From: Podarcis gaigeae
Lineage: Eukaryota
Length of the DNA stretch: 64,000 bases
NCBI GenBank assembly: GCA_964106915.2
Contig: OZ066917.1
Strand: one strand, 5' to 3'
Under the pieces are notes generated by a model, which was given only the letters and a program-made list of their open reading frames with translations, did not search any database and was not told the origin of the DNA. How positions within the stretch are numbered: the first letter of the stretch is position 1; each line of letters opens with the position of its first letter. Both the position numbers and the translations under genes were made by a program. Positions 48,521 through 60,330 of this stretch are shown here, piece after piece.

Positions 48521-50491
48521 CATAATAGTGAAAGACAGTAGTAAACACAGGACTGTAGAGATATCTAAAAATAGGCAATGATTGATTCATGTAAGCTATG
48601 CTTGTGTACAAGCATATACAAAGTTGCATTTCTGTTGTGTTTTATTGACTACAAAACTAAGGAAGTTTTTTTTTTAAAAAGCTGACCTAAATCTGGGTGT
48701 AAATTTTCTATGATTCATGAACTTAGGTTAAATGATTCAAAATATGTTACTACATATAAATCACCAGATACTGATATTTTGAGGCACATTCCTCTGCATC
48801 CATTAATCTGGTCCAGGCAGCACTTGAAAATCTTTACATTGTCCCAGAAGGGAGTTTCTATACTGAGACTTTATGCCTTGGAGAATTTCAGTAAAAGGAT
48901 GAACCTTCTATATTTTTCCAAAAAGCCCTCTCTTTTATCATACACCCTCTTCTATTGAAATGGAATAGATTTTATCTATGTATCTTTGTGTGTCTAGTTT
49001 TCTCTATTATAGTAGAATGGCTATTCTAAATGTCCTTGTTTTTTTCTGAAGTAGAGTTATTGTAGTTGATGAAATCCAGGGCTACAATGGAAACAAACTA
49101 TGCTCTGGAAAATGTAGTTCCTGCATCTTTAATATTCTCTATTTCCTTTTGTCCTAACCTTCACACTCCCAGGAGCTTAATAGCTCTTAGTCAGCTTGTT
49201 GGTTCCAGTATCCCCCTTCTTCCCGATGGCAGACATATGTCTTCCTACTTTCACTGCCGACATACGTAAGACCCTCTCATTTATAATCTGCTCAGAAGGT
49301 TGCTGAGGCCAGGCCAAACATGAGTTCTCAAATTAAATGTGGGGTTGTTTTTTTAAAAAAGGTTATACAAAGCTTTTGCGTAAGCTCATCTAGATTTCAA
49401 AGATCTGGCTGCATGAAAGTGAGAATATAAAAACACTTTGTGCACGTTGCTGCATATCGTACACATTTGGAAAAGATCAAGTCAGGACTATCTAAATCAT
49501 TCAATAAAACCGACAACATAAAATTGGCAATAAATGGTAATGGTCGAGGGCTTGTGCAGAAAGGCTGAAATCCCAGCTATGCTCTGAAAATAAAAGTTTG
49601 GTCACATTACTTTCTTTTCTGTGTGACTTTACTAGCCACTGGAGTGAAAGTGTCCTGTTTCACTGGAACACCACAAAAGGAGCTTGGCACCAGTCTCAAA
49701 GGAGGAGTGATTTGCCATGCTTTAATTTTGCTTTATGATTTTGGGGGGTATACTGTATTCATCTCCCAAGTCACTAAGTCCATGGTTAAATAAAATAAGT
49801 TTTCTGGTGTAGATATAGCTCCTTTTAAAAAACGGGATTAAGTTATTTAATAAGTTATTTAAACTCACTAAGTCATTAAAGGATCTTTGAGCCAAATGCA
49901 GCTTACTAATTCAGTTAAGCATAATGTAAGTAAAACATGAAGACTCGTGATACAAAATGATTTTCATAGTGTTATTAAAGAAGTGTCACTTTGATTCCAG
50001 ACATTTTCAACAGAACGGCGTGGAGGGAGGAGTCTCAACAATTATGTGTGTATTGTGGCACAATGCAGCCAAAGTAACAAGGGTTTCAAAACCACATGCT
50101 TAAATCTCTCTCTTGAGATCAGTGGGACTTAACAACTGTTGAATTTTGGCAGGTTGGTGCCCAGCATGTAAAGAGAGAGAGACAGACAGACAGAGAGAAT
50201 TTCTATATAGCAAATAAATATAATGAAGCATTATTAGCTGCCCGACTGCAGGACTAATAGGACAGGTCAAGAAATCTAAAACTTTTTGGCCACTCATAAA
50301 TACGTTAACTTGGAGGTAAATCCCACTGAGTTCAACGGAGCTTACTTCCTGGTAGAGAGGATTAACAATATTGCAAATACACTTTATAGAAAGCAGTGGG
50401 GGAATTCTGAGTAAACATTCTTGAAATCATTCAAAAGTCTCACTTTCATGCAGTTAGGACTGTGAAATCTAGATGAATTTACGCAAATGCC

Positions 50492-51045
50492 TTGTATAAT
50501 GGCTGCTTACCTGGAACTCTGGTGGTTTATGGCTTGGCACAGCCATGGCCCGATCGGGGAGCCATAGTTTTCAGTCAGGCCCACCTATTTCCTATATATT
50601 TAGGCCATTATCAGTCTCGCTACTCAGGTCAACACTGGGTTCCACATCTACCCTCCCTGTTTCAGATGAGGCATTGGGTTGGCATTGGATTGGCTCTTTA
50701 GCCTATTGGGTGTCAGGGGTTCAGAAAGGGGCAACTCTGTCTGGGAGTGCACAGGGCCCCCGATGAGCCATAGCACCCTTCCAAATGGTAGAATCACCCC
50801 AATTTGATGTAAGTCATAGGGCAACCCTCAATCCTGGGTCTGTCCAGCCTTTTGATCAACCCAGCAGGTGGGCTGGCTGATGCCAGATACAAAACCAGTG
50901 CCTTCGCCAAAGTCTGCTTACTTCTGTAATCAATAAAAGTTGTGGCCTATTTTAACCCAATACTGATGTTCTGTGTTGTGTTCCTTTCCTTGACCTGCAT
51001 GATGGAATGCATGATGGCGCATTCCTTTCACCTGGGTCTGCAACT
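50492..51045 (+). mobile_element. LTR-like remnant
   Basis: GC-rich block ending CAATAAAAGTTGTGGCC plus a GT-rich downstream element; termini and TSD not resolved. Confidence 0.4.
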
Positions 51046-52187
51046 TAACTTCTTAAGTTAAAGAAGCCATGTGTAGCTTAGAGCTACCATTCCAGGTTAT
51101 AAGTACTCCACTGGCAAGCAGCACCATCTTTATAGAATGAGAGAATTGGAAAGGACTACAAACATCATCACATTCTATCACCTGCCACAGGTAAAAGCAT
51201 CCTTTTTTCTTTCAAAGCCAGTTAGTGATAGAATGGACAGCATGGAAACTAATGCAGTGCTAGTGCCACCACAAAGTTATTCATAAACCACAATGTTGTG
51301 CACTACTGTGCACTCCAGGTTGAGAGCAGCAATCAGTTTCTTTGCTAGGGCCCAACTCTGTAATGTGGAAACCAGAAACAAAAAATACCTTGGAACATGT
51401 GCAGAATGGAATTTTCTCCTCCTAATACTCTGCTTTCTCTTACAGATTGCAAAGATGGTCCTAAGTGAGTACACACACACCTCGTCATGAATTTTGTTCT
51501 TCTCCAACTTTATGTCCCCTTCCTCAGTCCCCCCCCCCCCCACTGAGGGCAATATGATGGAGATCAGGATTACAAAGAGAGTTGAAATGCTCACTCCTTA
51601 AGTGTGTGCTATTGTTCACAAGTTCTCTAGATATATTGCCTTCACAAGAAGCCAATGGCCAGAACTATGGTAGGAAGAATTTCACTCAGTTTACATTTGA
51701 AGGAGAATCTACCTAATTCACATGTTCTGAAACAAAATGAGAACGGAAAGGCAGCCAACCTTCAAAATTTTGCAGTGCAGTCCTCCAGCCAAGTAATGCA
51801 TCCAAAAAATGCACACACTGTATTAAAGTGTCCATAAAATCAATGCAAATAACATACAAAAATGCATTATATTTGGAGAAATTGCTTTGCAAAAATGTTT
51901 TCATCTCTGTTATCTTTGTGTGTATGTGTGTATGGCATAGGCAGGTGGAGAATATCTGAAGACAATGATACGTGAAGAACAATTGCAGGGGCTGTGTGAG
52001 AGCTATGAGGAATGAGGAGGAGAACACAAAGAAGAACATGGCTTAGAAAGACACGTCCAGGGTTTATATCTTCTGGCATGTAGGATTACAGTGCAGTCCT
52101 ATTTGTGTATCTGCAGAAATAAGCACCACTGAGTTCATTGAGGCTTGCTCCTAAGTATATTATAGGATTGCAATCTGAATGTTTAAT

Positions 52188-52324
52188 GCAGGGGTGGGAA
52201 GCATTTGGACCTTCTGATGTTATTGGACTACAGCTTTCACCATACTGGTCCTTCACCATGTTGGCTGGGCTGATGGGTGTTGAAGTCCAACAGCTTTTGG
52301 AGGAGACCAGGTCCCCCAATTCTG
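52188..52324. mobile_element. hAT MITE (MER3/URR1-like), degenerate
   Basis: CAGGGGTGGGAA...GGACTACAGC...GAAGTCCAACA...GGTCCCCAATTCTG. Confidence 0.6.
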
Positions 52325-52755
52325 TTGTGATGTGTGAGGTATTTCTGTGTGAGACAAGTCAGGGCCAGCTGTAAATTTCAGTTATTTCCTTGCTTAAAGG
52401 AAGGTAAACAGCTGCCTCACACATTATGGACTTCTCACATGGAAAATATTTCTGCTTAGGAAATAATGGAAAACCCACCTGTAGTTTATAATGTGTGCTC
52501 ATACGACATGTGGTTTTCCTCACTGTGTGTATAGGCAACAAGAAACCTGTGTGTGTAGTATCATCATACATTACAATCTAATTTTGGGTTTCCCACAATT
52601 TCCTGCAAAACGTGTGTTGCATCTGGTCCATCTGTAATCTTGATATATAAATTGTGCAGATTTTCAATGAAATGTATGGGAGTCAGAACCCTTTCTTCCT
52701 TCCAGTCCTAAAGGCAACTTCACAAAGCACACAGTGGCAAAACAAAAAGAGGGTG

Positions 52756-52870
52756 GTATCAACTAAGTTTTGCTAAGCATAGAGTACCGGTAAATCAAAA
52801 TTAATGAACATGACTAAGGTAGTCCTACTGATTTCAGCGAGTCTTCTCTGAACAAAACTTAGTTGAATAC
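52756..52870. mobile_element. Palindromic MITE-like repeat
   Basis: TCAACTAAGTTTTG / CAAAACTTAGTTGA perfect 14-bp inverted repeat. Confidence 0.7.
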
Positions 52871-52959
52871 TCCTCATACACTAGTTAAGAGTGGACTTCT
52901 TGACCCATATTATATGTGCATTTGCAAACAGGAAATGGCTTCAACTTGCCAGCTATACC

Positions 52960-53145
52960 AAGTGATGGGTCTCAAACCCTCATTGAGTTAGGAACTTCCC
53001 CAGCATGTGAAGACAGAATCAAGCAACTTGGGCAGATGAGATCAATAGTGGGTTCAATGGTCAAGAAGGTGGTTTCTGCACGTGCTATAGAGGAAAATGA
53101 GGAGCAAATGGGGCTCATCAACCTGGAAAGGTAGCTGAAATATAC
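52960..53145 (+). mobile_element. Ancient CR1/L3 ORF2 C-terminal remnant
   Basis: SPACEDRIKQLGQM...MVKKV...IEENEEQMGLINLER*LK aligns by eye to the CR1 consensus SP..KKDI..LE.VQ.RATKMI...YEERL.ELGLFSLEKRRLR. Confidence 0.5.
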
Positions 53146-53499
53146 TCGTAGTCGAGAGTAGATTTCATGTTCTTTATTCAGCTCATAGTGGGGGGAGGAA
53201 TGAAAGTTCCCCCAAAGTGTCTGCTTTATATACATTATTTATACAATGGGCTGCACGTAATTGGCTAATTCCGGATTTCTCCTGTAGTCCAATCAGGTTG
53301 TGGATTCACTTCCATCTGGAGCTAGATTGGGTGGCTCCTGCAGACCAATCATACTGCTGCATTGTTCTAGGACCAATCAGACTGTTTCATTTTGGATCCT
53401 ATTCAACTCAGTACATAACACCAGCCCAATTTAGGAGAAGGAAAACTCTAATCCTAAAACTTCAGGAAATCCTAAACTGGAGGAAAAATCCATTATTGT

Positions 53500-53872
53500 G
53501 GCCTGTAGGACATATTTGGTAGAAGAAAAGGCCCGGGATTAAACCCTACACAAATCTGGAGTCCCTAAAATGGTTGGATTGTGTCTTGTATGCCTCCTTC
53601 CAGAAATTCCTGCAGCAACGCTGGTGCCAAATGTATTGTTCTGCTTTCCTTTGGACCACATCAGTGAGGCTGAGAGGGGGTCTTTTCATCTGGGCAGCCC
53701 AGGAGCTCCATACACACTGCCCAGGCTTCCATCCCAGAGAGGTCACTTTGGTGCTACTAATGCAGGAAAAACAACGCGGGAGGCAGCAGAGTTACCTGCG
53801 ATTCTCCAGCAGTTTGATTTCACCCCCAGATGCTCACACTACTGTCTCTTGAGACAGACGGATGCCAACAAT
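53500..53872 (+). mobile_element. Non-autonomous RTE-derived element
   Basis: RTE-5'UTR-like TAAACCCTACACAAATCTGGAGTCCCTAA and RTE-like 3' end GTCTCTTGAGACAGACGGATGCCAACAA. Confidence 0.5.
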
Positions 53873-54439
53873 TGTAAACAGTGAAAATCTAATAAGCCAA
53901 CAAACAAAAACATTGGCTCTAAACTCTGATTTTTTTATTCTCTTTCTCATAGGATAAGCTATTGGTTTCTGCCTCCCTCTTTTAATTATCAGTGTCCCAC
54001 TCAGAGTAGCACAGGGCCCCAAATAAATGCATTTTAACAGTTCCTGGTAGACAGGAAAACAGGAACTAGAACACACATAAGTCATTTTATTGCAATCTTA
54101 AAACTGTAATCTTGCGGTCCTCCTTGGAATACCTTATTGCTAGGCAAAACCAAACTCACTGCTACTCTCCATTCTTTTTCATTATGTGGAAATGTATCTT
54201 TCTTTCTTTTTTAGTACATGCTTCAGAATTACCTTCTAGTTTTCTTCCATTTGGCACAGATCATAAAGTTGCTTATAGGGAGCCTCATGAGTCTGTGCCA
54301 ACTCTGAAAAATATAATCAGTTGCAAATGTTTTGGGGTGGATGACTGATGAATGTAGTAACTTTATCACTTCTTCCATTTTTTACCATTAGCAAACTTTA
54401 GAAATTCCAAGGAAGGCTGCGTTCTCTGTCTTAGAATAT

Positions 54440-54920
54440 TTTTTTTGAAAATGATTAAACCAGCTGCTAGTTGTCTGTTCCAAGTGATATACACAGTAGT
54501 AGCATTGAACTTTTTTACGAATTGCCACAATCCAAGATGTTTGCAAAATGTCTATTGTTTCCTCAACCTGTCTTGCAAATACCTGTCTTTTACTCCATAT
54601 CCAAATACGAATCTCCTCTGTTCATTCCCACGGTCTCCCCCATACCATATTGTGGACAACATGCGTCTGTGATGGCAATGAACATACATTTTTATTACGT
54701 CTTTTACATCATCCCATACTGTTACTACTTATATATTGCAGTAACTAATGCAGGTCAACTAACATGCAATATTTTCCCTGAAGATTTGTTCATAATTATG
54801 TATAGGGCAATTTTGTATCGTTTTTTTCTCTACCGTTTGCATTATATCCTGCCCACAGCATTTAATAAAGCTGTGATTTTCCTTAACAGTTATATCATTT
54901 CCCCCAATTAGAATGTCATC
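54440..54920 (-). mobile_element. Very old L1/Tx1-like remnant
   Basis: Degenerate minus-strand WDDVK and cysteine-rich region-like translation; AT-rich. Confidence 0.3.
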
Positions 54921-55081
54921 TATAACTTACATGGCAACACAGGCAATGTAAGTCACACACAGAAGGGTGGAAGGGGACAACTGGGAATGTGCAGTTTTGG
55001 GAGACATGAATTAATTAAACAAACATAGCTGATATATGCAGTGCATTGATGAGGCGAGAAGTTTGGTTTCTGAATTTAGAG

Positions 55082-55235
55082 CATGAGAACCTAAGAGCCT
55101 GCTGGATCAGGCCAAAGTTCCATCCAATCAGGCATTCCATTTTCACAGTGACCAACCAGATGCCCATGAGAAGCCCTAAAGTCCAATAGCAACATCTCGT
55201 GATCCCCAGCAACAGGCATTCAAAGGGAAACTGCT
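55082..55235 (-). mobile_element. CR1 3' UTR/tail
   Basis: AAGAGCCTGCTGGATCAGGCC...CACAGTGACCAACCAGATGCC...CCCCAGCAAC. Confidence 0.7.
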
Positions 55236-56014
55236 GTAGTCTTTCATATACTTACAGGAATAAGTTCAACTGGGCTTATTTCTAAAAAAAAAACCTGCAC
55301 AGGATCAGGCTGTGTGTCTAGTTTGGTTGTCATGTGTAATATATTTCTCAATAGAGCTCTGGGTGTTTTCTTTTTTTTAGTAATCATAAGGAAGAAAGAA
55401 GCTATTAAAAGCAGTTTGAGTCATTTATGAGAGAACTAGCTGTTTATGCTGTTTAAAGAAAACTTACATTTCTTTTGATGGCATTGAGGCTGGGCTTTCC
55501 TCATCATTCATATTTCAACACCATATACATCTTTCTCGTTTTACGACACTTTAAGCTCATGTTGCCAAGTTAGCCAAGTCTTTGCACAGTTACCCAATAC
55601 AGAAATTTAAGTAGCATGTATTGAAACATCGACTCTCCATTTCAACTGGCTCAGACGGCATATAAATACATTCTGGGGTCAATAAAGAATACAGGGAGGG
55701 CTTTTTGCCATCTAAGTAGATTGTGAACTGATATGCTTTCTATACATTATTACAATTTACTGTGCATTGGACCAATGGGAAACTACTACTTGCTTGGCTT
55801 TGGGCTACTGTGCAGAGCTATGGGGTATAAATATTTTCAACAAGTGCAGTTGCAATCTATACACGTGAAATGCAAATATTGCCTGCATTTTCTCAGTACC
55901 TGGAGAATCACATAGTCCTGTCACAAGCATCTAGCTCATATCAGAGGGCGGGATTATTTGGATAAGTGAGGGCTAGGGTTTGCCAAAGGAGAAGCGTAAG
56001 TCATGGATTATGAC

Positions 56015-56141
56015 ATCCTTTGCCAAACTGGCAGCCTCCAGGTGTCAGAGACAACAACTCCCATCAGCCTCAGCAGCACAGGCTGCAGATGATGGGAGTT
56101 GTTCTCCAAAACATCTGGAGGGCACCAGGTTGGCAAAAGCT
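56015..56141. mobile_element. hAT MITE (MER3/URR1-like)
   Basis: CTTTGCCAA / TTGGCAAAAG outer and ACAACTCCCATCA / TGATGGGAGTTGT inner inverted repeats. Confidence 0.7.
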
Positions 56142-56270
56142 AGATTATGACATTCATTTCTTCAACATACCAAATAAGAGCAGCAATAATAAATCAGCAA
56201 GTAGACACCAAGTTATTTTGAACACTGTTCTGGGATCCCCTGGAGGGAAAGTTGGTTTAAAAGTGAAATT

Positions 56271-56271
56271 C

Positions 56272-56304
<33 letters not shown>
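56271..56304. repeat. (TCAA)n microsatellite at a probable LINE tail
   Basis: About 8 TCAA units. Confidence 0.9.
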
Positions 56305-57526
56305 CTGATTAAAAAAAATAGAGCATCCAAATAAAACATGTGCCTTCAGTGAACAATGTTGTTTTTATCTGCCACCTAAAATGAAAAAGAGAGGAAATCT
56401 CCGTATTGGATAGTATGACTTCATATCATTCCTAAAATTGAATTCTAAGGTTTTGCAGGAGTAATGCTTCTCCCACCCTGGTTGTGTTCAAGCTAAATGG
56501 GTGGGATTGGGGGGAAATCTTGTTGAAATGTTAAGCAACTGCCTAATGGGTGGGCTCCCGCTGATAACTAACGCTAATAAAACACTGTTTGACAGTGTGG
56601 ACATACATGAACATGCCAGGTGTCCCGTTAGACTCAGTAGCACCTCTAATATTACACGGATACCAAAGTACTTATGCAAGACCTGCCACCAGGCCACCAT
56701 CAGAGGACTTGACCAGAGATCTCTAAAGCAGAGGAGCCTTCCCAGCTTGACCTGTTGGGCTTTAATGGACTCTTTTACATGGGGTTCAGAGCCAGGATTG
56801 TGGAATAAAAACCTCTTAATCTTACATGAATTACCTAACCCCCTCTTAAAAAACTACTCAGGACATTAGAGAACGAAAAGAAAGGTGTCTGTGCCATGTT
56901 ATAAAAACTCCCTTAATAAGTAGGACCGTGTTGAATGTTTTTTGGATTTATTAAAACAATTTACGAAATAAAATATATTCCTGCCCACATGATTAATGTG
57001 ACTTGCCAGCTCCTTCCTGCTCAAGTTATTTATATTCAATGCAAGGGAGGAGGGGGAAATCATTTCTCTCTGCCCCCCCCTTTTCCTTTCCCCTCTTCTT
57101 GCCAAAGCAGACCTTTTATGAATGCAATGAACAAGCAGAAAAGAGGGTTTGGTTTTTAGTTGGAAGATGCCTTGCTATCAAAACAAGCCGTTGCATTCAG
57201 GCTGCAATGTTTTATTGCTCTCTTTATAGTTTCAGTAATTGTTCAGGTCCTGACTGGGATTTTAAGTCCTGTCCAGGCTATGACCTATATGTCTTGTCTC
57301 CACACACTGCCAGCTTGTTTCATAGCGCATCACCTGACAATTATTCACATGGACGCCTTTATATAGCTAGTTTCAAATATCTCCCATAATGGAACATTCA
57401 AAAGTGTGATCCTTCACCTGCAGTCTGGATGTGGTACAGTCCATTCTACCACTTGAGGAATCTGTCTGTCTACCCACCCATCCAGCCACTCACCCATGCA
57501 TCTCTTTAAAAAATAAAGTAAGAGTT

Positions 57527-58026
57527 TGTTAGGCTTCAGGGAATTGGATCCCTCCTCTGGTGGCCAAAAAACAGATAAACAAGAAGAATTCTTACCAAGT
57601 AATTTATTCGCTATGCACAGAGAGAGATGAAGGAATGAAGTCTCCCTAAGATAATGGCGTTGCTCCGAGTAAAGTTTAACCCCCCTCCGTCTCTCCTATT
57701 CTACATCATCCCTGTGCCGGCCAATCTGAGCTTCCTACCTTTGAGCTTTCTGTTCTACTACTCTCAATGCCCGCCTAGTCCTGGGAGGGGTGTGCGCGCT
57801 TAGGAATGCTTTCCAAAGACACTGAGTCTGTCATCAGTCTCTCCCCCAGTGCTTCTTCTTCCTGCTGTTCTTCTCCCAATATTTCCCAGCTTTTCCCCTC
57901 TGCAGCCTCTGAACTCTGGCCTTCTGCAAACAACTGTTCTAAATCTATAATGTCCTCCTGTTGTCGGGAAGGTTCGGGAGAAGGAGTGGCAGCCTCCACT
58001 ATTCCTCCTCAGTCCAGCCCCTGACA
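57527..58026 (-). mobile_element. Solo LTR, 500 bp (Gypsy-like)
   Basis: TGTTAGG...CCTGACA termini; perfect 5-bp TSD GAGTT at 57522-57526 and 58027-58031; AATAAA on the minus strand at ~57603-57608. Confidence 0.88.
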
Positions 58027-59204
58027 GAGTTGCATTAAGCACAAGAGTATGTGTTGAATAGATACTTAAAAATACTGCTCAGGTGAAGTTAATTGATAGT
58101 GAACCACTTCTATCTAGGTGAGCAAAACAAAGGAAAATATTTGAAGTAACTACTACGAAGGGTATCTACCCATGGTCTTTCATAGACAACCAAAGAAGAA
58201 CATCTTGAGGACTATAGTGGCATATAGAAGCTGAGACTCCTGGGTCTTATACATAGTAATAGATCACATCTATATTTTCATTTTTCTCTGCTTTCCTAGT
58301 ATCTCTATTTCAACTGCTTAACGTGGACACCAGTAGCTGTTTTGGTTGAGGATGTTTTGCTGATTGCATCAGCAACTTTGCCCCATTAGCACAAACCTTT
58401 TGGACCATATTCATTTCTTCTGGTCAAGAAAGAACTCAGTAGAAAGTTACTTCAAGAGCGGTGATTTCAAATGGACTTCACTAATATATAGGAAATGTGA
58501 AATGTCATTATGAGGCTGGTGGGCCATCTGGTAAAAGCTCCTGTATGAGCAGTACAGATGAACAACACTGAAATACTAAAGAAACATCATCTGAAGCCAT
58601 TTAGGCCCTCTGGAGACCTATCATTCATATATGCTGGGAAGGTAATAATAAAGTCCAATTATTTGAGCAACAACCAAACAGGTCCCTTAAAATTATCTCA
58701 TTTACAGTGAATCCAAAGTTAAGGTGGTTTTTTTTTTTAATGTCCATCATTCATTCCAGGTAACAAAACAAAATAAACTAATCAATCTCTGAGGAACCAG
58801 CCATAAATCAAAAAGCCATGGTGAGAAGTTGGCAATTTTTCATGTATTCCAAAAGTAATATTTTAAAGCTGACATGCTGACAGGGTGGTCCAGGCCAAGA
58901 CAGTTATTGCATTTGTGACGAACAACCAACTTTTTCTTTCCATATTGCAATTTACTCATCATTTCACTTGCAAGAATGTCCATAGTTGTTTCATTTCTGG
59001 TTACCACCACTGGTTTTATTTCATAACTTTTAGACAGAACAGCCTGGTTTTATTTAGTGAGTAACAGCTGAGTGGTTGTCAGCCTCATTAAAAGTGTACT
59101 GTTTCAATCGCTATTACAGGTGGACGAGAGGCTGCCAACTCACTTACGCTGAGCCATTCCAGCCTTCACAATATCGAAAAGCCATGCCTCTTCTAAAGGG
59201 AGCA

Positions 59205-59592
59205 TAATTATATAAGAAGAGGCTGCTGGATCAGGCTGGTGGCCCATCTAGTCCAGCATCCTATTCTCATAATGGCCTATCAGATATCTGTGGGAAATTC
59301 TCAAGCAGGATGCGAGCACAAGAGCACTCTTCCCTCCTGTGGTCTCCACCAACTGGTATTTGGCGTAATTACTGCCTTTAGCTGTAGAGCCACAGCATAA
59401 CCCTCATAACCAGGCATGGCAAACTTGGCCCTCCAGATGTTATGAGACTACAATTCCCATCATCCCTGACCACTGGTCCTGTTAGCTAGGGACGATGGGA
59501 GTTGTAGTCCCAAAACACCTGGAAGGGCTGAGTTTGCCTATGCCTGCTCATGACTAAAAAACATTGATGGCCTTGTCCTCCACAAATTGTCC
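59205..59592 (-). mobile_element. CR1 3' end interrupted by a hAT MITE
   Basis: ATAAGAAGAGGCTGCTGGATCAGG tail; minus-strand FVEDKAIN (~DKFMEDKAING, CR1 ORF2 end). Confidence 0.75.
59411..59546. mobile_element. hAT MITE (same family as 14642-14931)
   Basis: TIRs CAGGCATGGCAAACT / AGTTTGCCTATGCCTG; 8-bp TSD CTCAT(A/G)AC at 59403-59410 and 59547-59554. Confidence 0.9.
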
Positions 59593-60254
59593 ATGCTCTC
59601 AATTGGCTCAAAAACACATCTTGCACCTTGTCTTAGGCACCACTCAAGATCAAGTCCACAGTTTTTGCCCCTCTGGTCTGTTCAAATATTCTAGGGAATA
59701 GTCATTTAGGTTATCTAGAAATTGCACCACTTTGTCGTGACTGGAACACATATGTAACTGGTCTATGTGTGATAGTTGAAGCCACCCATTACTACAACAT
59801 TTTCTCTTTTGGGTGCTTTCTTAATTTCATTCTTCATCTAGATCTCCCTGAACATTTTGATCAGGGGCCCAATATCACCACCCACATTGATTCTGTGAGG
59901 GGATCTGCCCTTTCAGGGGTTTCTAGCCTGCTGGACTCAGTGCTGTCAGGCCCAAGACATTTTCCTCCATGAGGAAAAGGACAAGATGGTGTATTGTTAT
60001 TCTCCCCCGTACTCTATTCCATACGCAGCCACTGACTGGGCTGGCAGGTGAATCTTACTTCAACACTAGTGATGGGACTCCCATGTTGGGATGGACCACA
60101 ACACTAGCTAATAAAGTGTAAGTGCATGTCACTGTAGTTGGTCTTCTGATCTTCTGACATGGCTCTGCTCCAAATTCAACCCTATGAGATTTGTTAAGTC
60201 ACTGCTAGGAGCAAGGCCTGTTCAGTAGTGGCCCCAGGGTTTTGAGGCTCTCTA

Positions 60255-60330
60255 CCAGAGTGTGACTGGGGAAACCCAGCCAGACAGGCAGGGTATAAAC
60301 AAAATCATTATCATCATCACCATCATCATC
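60255..60330 (+). mobile_element. L2 extreme 3' tail with (CAT)n
   Basis: CCAGAGTG..CTGGGGAAACCCAGCCAGA..GGGTATAAA, matching the tail of the 29483-29943 element. Confidence 0.75.
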
